Origin: Ylistrum balloti
Taxonomy: Eukaryota
Assembly (NCBI RefSeq): GCF_031769215.1
Contig: NW_026781894.1
Coordinates: forward strand, 372,001 to 436,000
DNA: 64,000 nt
Direction: 5' to 3'
Each line of letters opens with the position of its first letter. Within the stretch, counting starts at the first letter, position 1. Shown here piece by piece: positions 38,201 through 51,800 of the stretch. A model generated the notes under the pieces. That model was not told the DNA's origin, did no database searches, and was given only the letters and a program-made list of their open reading frames with translations. Position numbers and translations under genes: made by a program.

Positions 38201-38649
38201 TTAGTTGGACATTTGTCGTTTATTTTCGAAAAACAAAAAGTTTGATTTTTTAAGTTAATTTACATTTTTGATTTGTTAGTTGGAATTTTCAGTTTTGATA
38301 CCTTAATGTATAGTTAACGTTTTAATTATGCCAAAAGCGTACATAGGTGAAGAAATATTCATTAAGCCGGCAATTCTGTTTGGTTGAAATTCATATAAAT
38401 TAACTGTCAGAAATCATTATTTGGATGAAATGATCCTATATAATCCACACAGCGGATATGTGTTTTGTTATTTTAAGTTTTTAATGAAAGAATAGCATTG
38501 TACACAGAGGAGAGAGCTACTGAATATGATATATTAAACTACTTTTTTTCAAATTAGCCTATTTGCTCTTGATCATTCTTAATTTTATATTATTATGTTA
38601 TCAAAACATCCAGAAAACACAAACATGTTAATAGAAGTAAAAGATTCTC

Positions 38650-38880
38650 AACGAGATCACTAATGATCGTAAAACTTTCCAAAAACGTTCATTAACCTGC
38701 ATCTTTCAAAAACCTCGTGTTGTGAGTTTGTCCATATACGAAAATAGTAATATTGGGAACAGGCCATTGGATATCGAAGCAACTGCGACATGTAAACATC
38801 ATATGTTGGGAATGAAGGGATGTTGCTTTCAAGAAATGGGGAATTCACAGTAGGGAAATTGACATCTTCTTGTTATGATT
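38650..38880 (-). mobile_element. Penelope-like retroelement fragment (same thumb region), decayed
   Basis: Minus translation EDVNFPTVNSPFLESNIPSFPTYDVYMSQLLRYPMACSQYYYF...CRLMNVFGKFYDH is homologous to the 650-1060 fragment. Confidence 0.8.
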
Positions 38881-39804
38881 CCGCGTGGTGGAAAGCTGTG
38901 CATGTTGGTTTCGCTGTAGGAAAATATCGAAATAAGCGGTTGATTTTGAGTCCGTTGCGTCAATGATTTCCATTTCTGATTGGTATATACAAAGTACAAT
39001 GGACATGTTAAATCGATCTCTTGTTTATTTGAAGACAAGATGTTATCAATATATTTTAATGTGAAGGAGTTTGAAAAGTCTTTGAGATCTGTTTTGATTA
39101 GTTCTGATAAATTCAGCCCACTATGAAAACAAAACTAAGTCAGTCAATGCAGGACTGCAGTTAGTTCCTACAAGTAGGTCAATAGTCTAATGGAAGATCT
39201 CACCTCCAAACTCGACGAAGATGTTATCAACAGAAACTCTGTCATTTTTATGATTTCTTCCTCCGTTGTCGTTCACTTTTATGGAAAGCAAAATTTTCAT
39301 AACAAGAGGCTGGGGTATGGTGGAGTACAGAGTACGGAGTAGAAAATGTTTTTAAGGAAAAGATGATTTTAGAAAAGATGTATCACCAGCGTGCGGGAAC
39401 TCCATAAAAATTAGTCATTTATTACATGTGGATAAGTAGATTTTTATACCTAAACTACCACTGATGACGCCAATGCTCATTTCAAGAACATTCTGTCAAT
39501 GTCGTAATTCGGATAACCATGATAAGGAGATAATTCTTCCTTAATTACGAGAAATGTATGCTTCGTTACAAAACGATGTCGTAATTCGACATCATAATCC
39601 ATAAGGGACCAACTGACTTTAATGGATTGTAACAAACGTGAAATACATGAATAATTACAGCTAAAGCCTTGACTGGAATGTATTACTGTCTTTATATTCA
39701 ATCAAAATTTGGGGTTTGTAAAAAGAGAGGCGCCAAAACATTTATGTTCAGAACAACCGTCTTAAAATGAAATGCTTTATAATGGTCTTCATCGATATGA
39801 TATA

Positions 39805-40005
39805 AACTGATTTGCAGCAACTGCTAAACAACTCATTTCAGTTTATGCTAATCACTTTTGATAACTCTGATATAAGTTCGCGAGGGGTCTTATTGTGGGC
39901 CACATGGTCGGGCAGGTGGCCCCTTACCTTTTCACGTCCGTTCCGAGATTCGAACCCCAGACAACTAGGTGAAAGGAGAGTGCGTTAATATTGCGCCAGC
40001 CAACC
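39805..40005 (-). mobile_element. tRNA-derived SINE, internally deleted
   Basis: Minus strand ggttggcTGGCGCAATATTaacgcactctcctttcacctagttgtctggGGTTCGAATCtcgg has A-box-like and B-box motifs in a tRNA-like head. It is followed by a non-tRNA body (gtgaaaaggtaaggggccacctgcccgacc...cccacaataagacccctcgcg). The 3' boundary is approximate. Confidence 0.75.
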
Positions 40006-43000
40006 AGATTCATCTGCGGTAATATCGTCCCGATTTCTCTTGTTGTTTTCAAACTGTATTTATAATTAATTGCAGTGTATTAAGACGCTTGTAAATGTTC
40101 GATTTTATCCATGCGCAACATTTTGAATTTTTTCATATTTTTATTTGTCAAACTTGGTTACTGTAAAGTAGCTTTAAAGTATACTTTGAAATTTTAAACA
40201 GCAGGGTATTAAATATTGTCAACCTAATAGACATCATTACTTTCACTGCAGCGAACAAATACAAATGTTATATATTCTAAAGTGATGATATATATGTGAT
40301 GAGTGTTGGTATCAGCTAATCTTGTCAATCAACATCAAAAGTGACGAGATGTAATCGATGCATGGCCCGTGACTCATAATCTTCTCTCTTACCCGGATGT
40401 CTCTCCAAACACAGTATAGACGCACTCTTCATAATTACTTGTGACAGACTCTGCTGCTGGTTTAATCTCTGAGGTTTGTCTTAACCTGCCTTGTCTACGT
40501 TTTTATTCATTCGGAGGATCGAAGTATTTGGAATGTACACTTGTAATTTGCGTTCTTATCAGATAAATTGGATTTTGGGATTGCTAGACTTGACTTTTAT
40601 CGAAGTTTTACCATCAATGTTCCTGGTGAGGTCATATAAGAAATTCACACCGGAAATGTAAATATTTTCTGTAAACAATTTTTTTTCTTTTATTCTGATC
40701 AGTAAATATTTTGAACTGTAAAGTCAAAAGCAAAAGTCAAAATAAGACCCGATCTTTCAAAGTCAGGAAACGTGCTTTAATGTGGACAAAAATAATATTT
40801 TTTTTTATAAAACTTCAGAATTGCATAAACATCAGTCAAACAATGAACCGCATCATACATCTTGTTCTTTCTTCTAGGACTCATCAGAGGTGTAAGAGCC
40901 TAAAATTTGAAGCCCAGGAGGCGAAAGAAAAGTCAAAATATAGTTGGGGAGGTGCACGGACCCTTAGTTCAATACATTTTCCATATATCTGATAATCCGA
41001 AACATCATGAACATGTGTATTTACTAAACCGTGCCACTGTTTCATAGAATTAAAACGTGACATGCAGGGAACAGCAAACATTGAGTATTCAAAGTCCATC
41101 TGCGTTGACTACCACCTGCAGTCTCGAAGATTGTACAAAAGATACACATTTAGAGTTAAGTAAAATGAGCCAAACAATGAATTTAGCTGCATCAAACAGC
41201 TGTTTCCATATCATTTTTTTTGTTTACGCGATCAAAGCAAATTCGCGCAAATAATCGCTGCAAATGAAGGCAAGGATGATGCCTAACGGTTTTAGTTTTA
41301 AAAAGTTAAGTCTTTTTTGCGAAAGATTACAGTCCCAAAATGTGACAAAATGCCAATCAGGACAGTTGGTTGCCGCGAAAGAAAGATGTTTTAACCCATA
41401 ATAAATAAAGGGCATGTATTGGATTTTCACTCTTTCCTGAACAGCAGGAATGCAGCTGTATTCAGGAAACCATATTGATAGAGTCGTCTTCAGTTCAGTG
41501 AAACAAGTACATGGTGGTACAACACACAACTATCCATTTCACGATAATTACAGGAAAGACAACTCTGTACAACATCAAAGTATCAATGACTTGTATGATA
41601 AATTCTGTCAAAAGAAATGGCTATGAATTGGTTAATGATAGTTAATATAAAATAATAATGATGATAAATAACTGTATTTAATATAGCATCGATAACGCTG
41701 AACATATGGTCTTAGTAAACGGAAAAAATGCTGAAAAAGTAGCACATTGTGTGGAATCTATTTCTTTATTTCTATTTGCAAATCGTTTAAAATCAGTTGA
41801 CTAAGCTTAAAACAGCTTAGTAATGTTTGCTGTAATGCAGTTGCGGATCTATTATCTTTCTTCGACTGGATTAAGATAAACACTGTTTTTCATTTCTAAA
41901 TGTTTGGTGGTATCGGACAGTCCATTCAGCAATAGAAGGTAAAACCAGAGAGATATTGAATTTATTGCTATAGAAAATGTAACCTTGGACACATTTTGTA
42001 TAGCGTTGTTTTGTTGATATTTTGCCAACAAATAAATGTAGGGTATATCATGTAGATTTAGCAATCATGACAACATAATGAAATAAGGAAAGGCTGTAGC
42101 GTTGAGACTACATTGAGAAGTTGTGTGTATGAAAACACTGGAGCCAGCGAGTGTTCTTGCTGATTCTTGCTATATGAGTTCTTGTCGATAAACATTTATG
42201 TTATATAATTGCAAATTGATCCCGTTTAATCTTTCTTCGCGGTTTTGAGATTCTCAACAAAATGTACCACTGAGCTCCCTGATCCAACATCATTTTATTC
42301 GGCTCACATACTCTTTCCAGCAACACACAAGCAAAGCCAACATAATTTGTTTTACAAGAAAAAATGTCCAAGACCAATGGAAAAACATCTCCCATTTCAG
42401 CTACTACAACGTACTTGGATATGAAATTACTCTGATTGAAGGAGTTTCATGTAAGTTGTTGAGAAATAAATATTTCTATGTCTCGTATGAAGTGTAAAAG
42501 CCATTATATTTTTTGTTGCAAAAACGTGGGACGAATGGTTTCCTGTCAAATCTCCTTCATGACCAAGGTCTTACTAATTTATCATATATTATGAAAGAGT
42601 ATAAGAAATAAAACACAGAATGATACTAATTTCGTAACTACCATGTTGATAGTATACACATTTCTTGTTTTTAATCAGGTGCGGCGGATTTGTGATTGAA
42701 TAAAAGGTTCCCATTGTTTCCATTTGGTAACTTCCTGGCGTCTTTTACATTATGACGTCTCTAAAGAAATATATAGAACGAGAATGTAGAAATTTAGAAT
42801 TTGTATTAGTCTAATAGAATTATATTTTCACGAAAAAGTATCTAAGTTAAGTGATTAATAGAACTTTACGTTCGCTTCCATTTCATTTGAGATCTATTTA
42901 ATTTGTCACGAATTAAATACATCTTTCATAACTTGCAAGCTATTCCTACTCTAATGTCAAGTCTGACAATACAAATAAATGGGTCAGGGCCCAAATCATC

Positions 43001-44280
43001 AATTAAAATATTGTTCGAAAGGCCGCACAATGCAAAAATCAACATTCAATACAACACTAGAATTAAACACGATAGAACTCTGCAATGACTTTACCTTCAT
43101 CATACAGATGTTTCGAATCCTCGGGACTGGCTAGCGATGCCAAAGACACAACTCATAAGAAACACACAAGGTATAACACATTTGTAGAATTAAATAATAT
43201 TTTGTCTGTTTTAATCGAAGCGAAGTACCTCCTGGCTCAATGGTCAAAAACATTTATTAGAGAGAAAGAGTTGGACATCTACAAAAAGGTCAAGGTCACA
43301 ACTAAGAAGGAAAGTTCGGATCACATGATACGACACACACAGGTTGCATCAAACAGCGTATGACAAGTTGCAATGGCTAGTTATCGAGCTCAACAAGTTC
43401 TTCTTTTCTTGAAAACCAACAAGGATAATGAAATCGGACATCTGCAGAACTTCATTACTTCAATACTTTTATAATCAAATGCTTATTGCATTATATAAAA
43501 CCTAATACTCGTTATGAAATCATATTTGTATTAGATCAATAATTCAAATGAAGCAACACCAAACGAAAGCGAGGAAATTAAATTACCTGCTATTTTATTC
43601 TGTTGATACACCATCTCAAAGTCTTCCATTCTTAATCACTTTTCTGTGAATGAGAGATATCATTCGAAGCCTCATCCATTCGTGTAGCACGTCTCTATCA
43701 AAAATTAAAGTTCTAATCAAACTCGCTGCTGAATTGCATTATTTTAGCCTCATTTGTTGTCAGTGAACCAATGTCGGAACTGGTTTTAAACATAACACTT
43801 AAGAAATTATATTGAATATAAATTAGAATATGCGAATGATTCTTGAGCTGATATTTTGATATCATATTGCTGTTTTCTCTGATTTTGAAAAATGAAATAT
43901 TTGAAAAACAGTTTTTTTTTACACTTTATCATTTTTCTTTATATGTTTTAGACATGGTTAGTAATTCATTTTAGTTCTATGCATGTGTACTTAATATAAA
44001 CAATAGGTTAATTTCACAATGAAAATTCGGCATCACCTTCTTGATAGGCGACACGGAAAAACGATTCTGCAAGAAAAAGAGCAATGCTAGTCGCCAACTA
44101 CGATCATGCAGGGGACTACAGTTGACCGTATTCTTTGGCTCTTCAATGCTTAAATGTCAGTTGTGAACCACCAGTAGTATAGTGTAAATATTGAAGTTAT
44201 TGTAACATGTTTTGTAATATTTTATAAAGCTGCAGAATCTTATGAGGAGTGCCTGTGAACACATGGCCATGTTTGTATAT

Positions 44281-44607
44281 CTTAAAGGGAATATATTCTC
44301 AATATTACAGACGGAATTGGAAACAGACCATTGTAAATCAAAGGTTTATAATAAGTGTATGTCTGTTTAATGTAATGACTGTTTAATGTAATGACTCAAT
44401 GATGGAATAGTTGTATAATGTAATCATTGCATCTTGCAATGATTTGAACGAAATACTTTTCTTACTTATCTTAAAGGGTATATATCATCAATATTACAGA
44501 CGTAATTGGAAACAGGCCATTGTAAATTGTGTTTATAATAACTCTGTGTCTGTTTAATGTAATGACACTTTGATGCAATGGTTGGATAATGTAATCATTG
44601 CATCTTC
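44281..44607. repeat. Diverged tandem duplication, period about 189 bp
   Basis: CTTAAAGGG.ATATAT..TCAATATTACAGACG.AATTGGAAACAG.CCATTGTAAAT...TGTCTGTTTAATGTAATGAC...ATAATGTAATCATTGCATCTT occurs at 44281 and 44470. Confidence 0.85.
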
Positions 44608-47600
44608 CGTTCATCGTATACAACGGTTAAATAACGCGTTGATTGTATATAATAATGGATGTATATTACCATTGTAGTAAAGTTTCAAATCATCATAATG
44701 AACTTGATAGATTTGAAATGACTTTATATTGCAATTACATCTTGTGATGAAATTATTGTTGCGCCGAGAGTCTCTTAACGTCAAACAAGGTTATATAATT
44801 ATTTTGTTGTATAAAACAAAATTATACACTTCGGAGGAAGCCTTCAGAAATTACTTCTCCGGTGCTATTAGTTCATGACATTTACGGTTTAACCATCAGT
44901 GTTCTATAAGCATATCTTTTGGCGAGATCATACCCTTCTTATACCCCATTGACATGTTTAAGTATCCTAAAAGCTTCTAGAAGTTATTATTAAAGACTGT
45001 CAGATCTTTTAATCAAGTTCGAATATGCATTTCAGAACAAGGCCTTTTATAAGAAAGGTGCTGAATTAAACGTCCATCTTCCATTTGACAGTTTCCAAAT
45101 GAAAAATCACATTTCAATAAAATGAAAGCAATGTCTTGATTTTTTTTCCGTCTTATTCTCAGAATCCTGCAGTAAAACGAACACCGATTTAGTGTATCTT
45201 TGATTGGCATCACATGTCTAGGTATGCACAGGAAAGATATATCCTCTTTGTGGCCTTAGCATTCATCAGCCCTCCAGTAATTACCGGTGCCTTACATAGT
45301 GCATCTAAATATACAGCTGTTGTTGACATTTGAGAACAGACGTGCGGATTTAAGCATCCCAACCTCTGTAAGTAATGTGGACAACACAAACGGAAATCGA
45401 ATTTCTAAATTCCACATACGGCATCACCACAAGTCATGTTATCACAGACAGATCTACTGTGTTTACAAGTACATTGCGATGGTTATGCCCGTGATCCTTC
45501 ACGTAAAATAATTTCAATTTGCCGATGTCAATAACACTCAGTATACATACCGTTGTACAAACTGAACAACTAATTGAATGAATAGAAATTTGCCGTTTGT
45601 GAGTGAAAGTCAAGCACGCCTGGACGCATACCACAATTAGTTCTGTCTGAATAGGAATAAGATTTGTGTCTTAAACATGGCGTAGATTTGATTTAAGTCG
45701 TTCTAATGATTCGTATGGTCCAATGAGCATATCAGCCCAGTTGTAATTGATCCAAGGAGAAGGCTAAATATATAGAAAACATACTTGATGTGTGATGGAT
45801 GCTCCAGGGGGAACGTCAAGTATATAGGAAAGTTACATGCTGACCCTCTGTGGCGTTTAATGGGTGGTCAAGGAGAACTGGTGTATCATTAGTGTGGTCT
45901 GGCTTTAACTCACATGACAGGACGCTTCATTCGGAATCGCAGAGGGATACATACAGTGTATCATATCATAAAAATTGCATTTTTTCATATTGGGATGTCA
46001 TGTATTTACATCATTTGATATGTTAGAAATATCATGATGAAATACCAGATGGAGTGATCTTCTCGGGCTTGGGGGGCCAATAAGACATTCACTTGTAATT
46101 AAATTACTTAGTTCACCAATGTGTGATCAAGACAATGTACACTATACTTACGTAAACTCGATTATTTGTCGAAGTAAGTGCACTCGTTACACCTGAACAC
46201 CTGCCACGAACTAACAGTGATACCAATCTGACTCTGGAGAGTTTAATTAAAATTGTTTACAGGTCACGTGATGTTGTGATTACTATCGTGATAGGGTTAG
46301 TAACATAAATCTTACAGTTGAATACGGTCATTATGCACTATACATGTCATTGACGGTTCGATGAGTGATATTAAGGAAACGATATACAATGATGACATTT
46401 AACTTTATTGATATTGAAGCGCATTATTAGGGTTGCTAAGTAAGCTATTATCAGAAGTGATCAATAGATGAGTACAAAAGACTAAATAGACAGATTCAAA
46501 GTCTGGACAATTAAGGAATGTCATGAAATAGATACATACGTTCCCGTGCTATTTTAACATAAAACTTTCATACAACAGTGTCTTTTCTTTTCATTCAATA
46601 TTTTTTCAATCTAATTTCGAAACGTTTTTGCGTTGAATGCATCGATAGAAATAGACTTAAATATTCAAAGATTTATTTTGGTTACTGGTAGGATTTAAAG
46701 GTTTAATATAAATGAAGACCTTTTTTAACGATATTTTGAGCACGAAAAGCCAAAAATATTGGATAAGATCAAACACCAGGAAGCATTGTATAATGAATTA
46801 CGTACGTTAGCCGTCCCCGTACAAAACAGGTGATGCGGAGTTTTATTGGAATATTAAGACATTAGGGTGGACACAGATATTTTACGTAGATCGAACATAA
46901 ACAAAAAGATGTTTTACCTCAAATTCTTTATTGCAGGCCTTTTGAATTTTTGCGAGAAATATGTCTTTGGGTCAATCGTAAGATATTAGTGTAGGTGTTC
47001 TTAAACCGGTTAAATGATGTTTTACTATCCTTTAATTGCAGCGATCATTGTCGATGTTATTGTTCTGATAAAACCTTATAGTATTTGAGATAATAATCTA
47101 CTGTTAACTGTAGTGAATGATGAAGAAAATTGTGACCTCTTTTTGCAATAAAACATATTTCATTTTTTTTTTTTTTTTTTTTTTTTTGAAAAACCTTTAT
47201 TTGTTTCATAAATAAAAAACAATAATAAAAATAAGTTAACGAACGGTCATAATTTACAGCGTTGACAAATCGAACTTGGTTCTCCGGTTATGTTTATCTA
47301 AGAGATCTAAAAGCCTGCTCGTTGAGTCTGCGGTTTAAGTCGATCAGACAAATGCCAGGACAACATGTTAGCCTTGTTTCTTTTGTATTTTGAAATAGAT
47401 TGACGAGTAGGAAATAGCTTACAGACACTAATTCGATGTCCGCCCCAGGCAATGGTCATGTAAGACCTGGAACACCAATAGGTACATGTCTCCCTACTTT
47501 ACCTGATGGATTTAATCTACTTTTTTCTTAACCGGAAAAACCCAGAAAAGATAAGAAAAGATTTTCCGTTTTTTAACAAGGTCGGTTTATACCAAAATAA

Positions 47601-48680
47601 AAGTACATGAAGTGCGATGTTTTGGAAATGTTTCTTCGTTCTGGTTAGTATATGCGTTGAAGCGGTTTTTTAACATTGCTTGAAGGACAATTTGAATTTC
47701 ACTGAGTTGCCTTCTAGTCTTCGCGATGTTTGTCCTTATTATGGTGCAGTGCAATTCATTGTTTGGCTGTAACGTATCTTACTCTAAATCTGCTTTGAAA
47801 GGTGGCTATTTACATATTGGTCACATATATATTTTGCACAATTGTTTATTTTATATATGAACTTTCGTCGCGATATGTACCCGTCACTCTCATCAGGCGA
47901 TGAGCTCTACCACAGATGTTCCCTGGTGTGTAAAGAAACCTCCGATGAATTGCTATCACCTAAACGTACAATGCCATTAAGAAAACACAAATCAAAGGAA
48001 TTCCGACTTTAATTTGTTACTGATCACATTTGACATTTGAAGGTACACATACTGGCATACTCATTTGTCTGATTATGGTAGGCATTTATCACGTTGATTC
48101 ACATAGTCAGCAAACTTTCATTATACTTAATAGAGTTGATGAGGTTAAAGTAAATACTTCATTAACACGGATTCAGTTGATCAAAAGATGTCATTCACAG
48201 TAATGAAATGTGCTAATCACTCATGTGTTTATTGTACAATTCATTCAGATGGCAGCAAAGGCTAAATGGGTTTGAACTACGGCACTGTTCCAAATTTATA
48301 CATATACTTGACGTTCTGAAATAAAGTATTCGTTGAATTGTGTGATTCTTGAATTTCCATATTTATGTTTAGTTTTTCACTAAAAAACGATTTTTCATTT
48401 CATAGTCCTAATTGGACGAAAAAGCTGAATGATACACTGTATATTTGATACAATCCTTCGAAAAATTCCCAATCTTTAATTAAGAGTACATGTAACCTTT
48501 AGTTATACCTATAAACCTATGTCATATTGATGTCCACCGACAGTTAATAACATATTTGTTGCTATAGGTGTCTATAAAGGATAGCGATATATTCTATACC
48601 ATATTAATCGATACCATCAATTTCCAATTTATTGTTAAAGTGATCAATAGCTTTTGCTATCATCCAAGCACTTAAATATA

Positions 48681-48852
48681 CAGTCGAACTTCCTTATCTC
48701 GAACTCATCGCGAACTCGTGTCACTCAAAGACCCTGTTCAATACAAGGCATTTCGTTGGTCTTACTTTACACAAAACATGCAAACTCACTTAAAACGCTT
48801 ATCCTAACATTGTCTATGGTCCCGACGAGTTCGAGATAACGAGATGCGTCTG
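48681..48852. mobile_element. Tc1/mariner-type MITE with TA target duplication
   Basis: TA-CAGTCGAACTTCCTTATCTCGAACTC ... GAGTTCGAGATAACGAGATGCGTCTG-TA: imperfect 26-bp terminal inverted repeats beginning CAG, flanked by TA. Confidence 0.85.
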
Positions 48853-51800
48853 TACATATAAATACGCATTTATTGACTATTTACAAAATACAGTTAGTCT
48901 TTATATCGTTGATGAATGCAGGAAGAAAATGGCTTATCTCTTGTGTTGACTGTTACAAGTCGACACTATAAATCGACTTGCATGACAACTCTGCCGTTCC
49001 AGTTTGCAATAACCATTGTCTCTAAATGTTATCATATGTGGAACTACTTGACGATTTTATCTGCTTATAAGCGACTTGTTTCTGTAATAAGACCAATTTC
49101 AATAGCAAGTGAAAGTTAAAATGAAAAGGTTTCTCTTTGATATCATTTTCTTATGTTTTTGTCTGCTATATCATTGTCCATCTGCCATGAGTAGATAACC
49201 AGACAAACTGCATTTAATGTGGACAACAAATCCGATAAGATAGCTTTGTAATTTGATTTCATTTGTGACTATATAAACGAAGGTTGACACTTACTTGTCT
49301 CACTGCCAGCAGGTAATCACATCATATTCCTCTCTTCAGCCAGAGGGCTTCCAATTAACGATTTAGACAATGTCAAAACGGGCATTAATAAGAGTAAAAT
49401 GAGATATCATGAAATTATCTAGCCCCTTAACCATAGTTTGAAGAACATGATGCTTCTAATAGGATCATTAAGTTGTATAAATACAGGGCGATGTCCTCTT
49501 CTTCGCATAATACCTCTAGAGTGTCACTTCCTTTGGCTATAGTTCATTTTTCCAGCAACAGATCAGTTTATTATTCACAGCAGTACAAATTCCATTAATG
49601 AGAAAATGACAACTTTGGTATTATTCTGTTATTATATTGTCTCAAGGTATCTTTCTTTAAGTTGTATAACGTTCATCTTATTAACACAGTGGATTTACAA
49701 ATTAAAACACCGTGGAGACGCTAGCTTAGTCTGTAGACCGTTGGACCTCAGATGAAGATCAAAAGGTGAAGCTCGGGGCACCATATACATGGTGCTATCA
49801 GTTTCTTAGGAGACTAGCAAATGAACAACCTATCTCTTCTGAGATGGTCATGCTCTTGGGCAAAACACTGTATCAATTGTTCTGTATGGAAGATGGAGGT
49901 CCTCCTATGTGGTTTCAGTGAGGTAGTCAACAGCTACTGTAGACAGATACAAAAAAAGTCATCAATAGCTTATACATTATGACGTTGATTGCATTAATGT
50001 TTCCCGGAGGTCATTTTTGTGCTATGTTTAGACTAAACCCAGACGTTTTTAAGGTGTCAATTATCACTTAATGATGGTAAACAAACAATGCTGTCAATTT
50101 GGTTTCTCGTTTTCAGGGATCGATAGGTGTTTGTGTGACAGTAACTCGATATATTTCTCACCTTTGCATGCTTCTGTGTTCCACACGTGTGATCTAATGC
50201 GTTGTGTCCTTGGATGGCAAACTCAATGTTTTATGCTCCTCATTCACGCCATCCAGATGGTATCCTTTATCCTATTATACGTGTATTAATAAAACGATAA
50301 CTCATATAGCATTTTGATGTGTATTACAGTTTGAATTTGTTTACAAAAAATACTTATTCCCTCTAACAAACCACTGCATGTATCGTCACGACATCGGTTC
50401 CAAACCGTTTTGTATTTCGGACGCCATTTTGTCGAGCTGTATCACGTGAACTTTTGACCTATGTGACCTCACACATTTCGATTTTGGTTGCTGTAACATG
50501 TCATGCATCCATAAACGAAAACCAACTGTGTTTAAATCCACGCATCGTAGAATATTACGAGTATACATTTCATTGGAATTTTGTGTATTTTTTCCTTAAT
50601 ACCTATTTTCACATGTCTGGTATCTCTCCAGTGATGATTTAATAACCTAACAGTCCCACCTCGGTCCGGAACTAAAGCGCCAAGGATATCTTTTATTTCA
50701 GTCAATTCTGAAAGTATCTAGAATATTGAGAATTACCATATTTTATATGAGATAAAAGAAAAAAGAAAAAAAATTAAACGTTTCCCTATATAGTTAATTT
50801 CAAAAGGAAATGTTATATACATATTAACATTTTCTCATGCAAAATCAATAATTGTGCACGTGATTCCGATAACAATAAAATTACATTTAAAAATAAGCGT
50901 CATTTTCACAAGCGTAGTCAATGCGGAATTTACATGTAGATGTAAAACGGGAGGAGCAGTTTCTAAACGGGGTCTACAAAAGCACTCGATAGCGGAACAA
51001 AAACGACAATGAAAATATCGATATGCAAACAGAACAAAAAATCGATGAAATATTTACACGGATAATCAAGAAAAAGTACAAAAAGATAAAAAAAATAATA
51101 TTGGTAAATTAAAATAAGTAATGTCACGTTCCAAAAAGAGAACAAGGTAAACGAAAACGGAGCCACCAGAACACTAACGAACATGCATCGTTCAAACCTT
51201 ACTTCATTATGCTAATATGGAAAAGATGAGACAAAGATCACATTATCACTGTAAAACCTCCATCAGAAGTATTATATAAAAATGTAGAATCTAAAATACC
51301 AGGACAATTTACCAACTGAAATTATCTGGTATCATGAAACACATTCTGGTATCCAAACACTATGGTACATATTATGTATATCGCTTATATCGAGCACATA
51401 TTTTATATTTCAGCACACATAAGGTTATTTCATGACAGCATAACCCCCTTATTTATAGTTTTTTTTTACTTTTGTATTCGATCTTGTTCAATGCTGTGCA
51501 AGTATAGTGCACTTGAATGGGAGAAAATGTCACCAGAAGGTTCATTAATGTTAAGCTTCAAAAGCATTTACGTGATAAATTGACATTTTCAAAATTAGAC
51601 TTTTCAAACGAACTTTAAAAACGGAATTCTACTCTATCCGGTATCAAAATGACACAGATAGGTTAGAACTAATATTGATCTACCGGAAGTAACAAACCGG
51701 AAATCCATCACATTTTATCTCTACTGTCAGTTCACAGAGGCGTCATATAACTGATGTACGTGTCATCCGTGAAAAAAACCCTTTGAACAGATAACATATA

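Noticed and set aside
46131-46179. GAA|GTAAGT donor as another alternative globin first exon
   Set aside because: The phase-2 frame hits TGA at 46124 with no ATG in between.
50945-51400. Lys/Asn/Glu-rich plus-strand frame that looks protein-like
   Set aside because: It has multiple stops, and A-rich composition alone explains the amino-acid bias.
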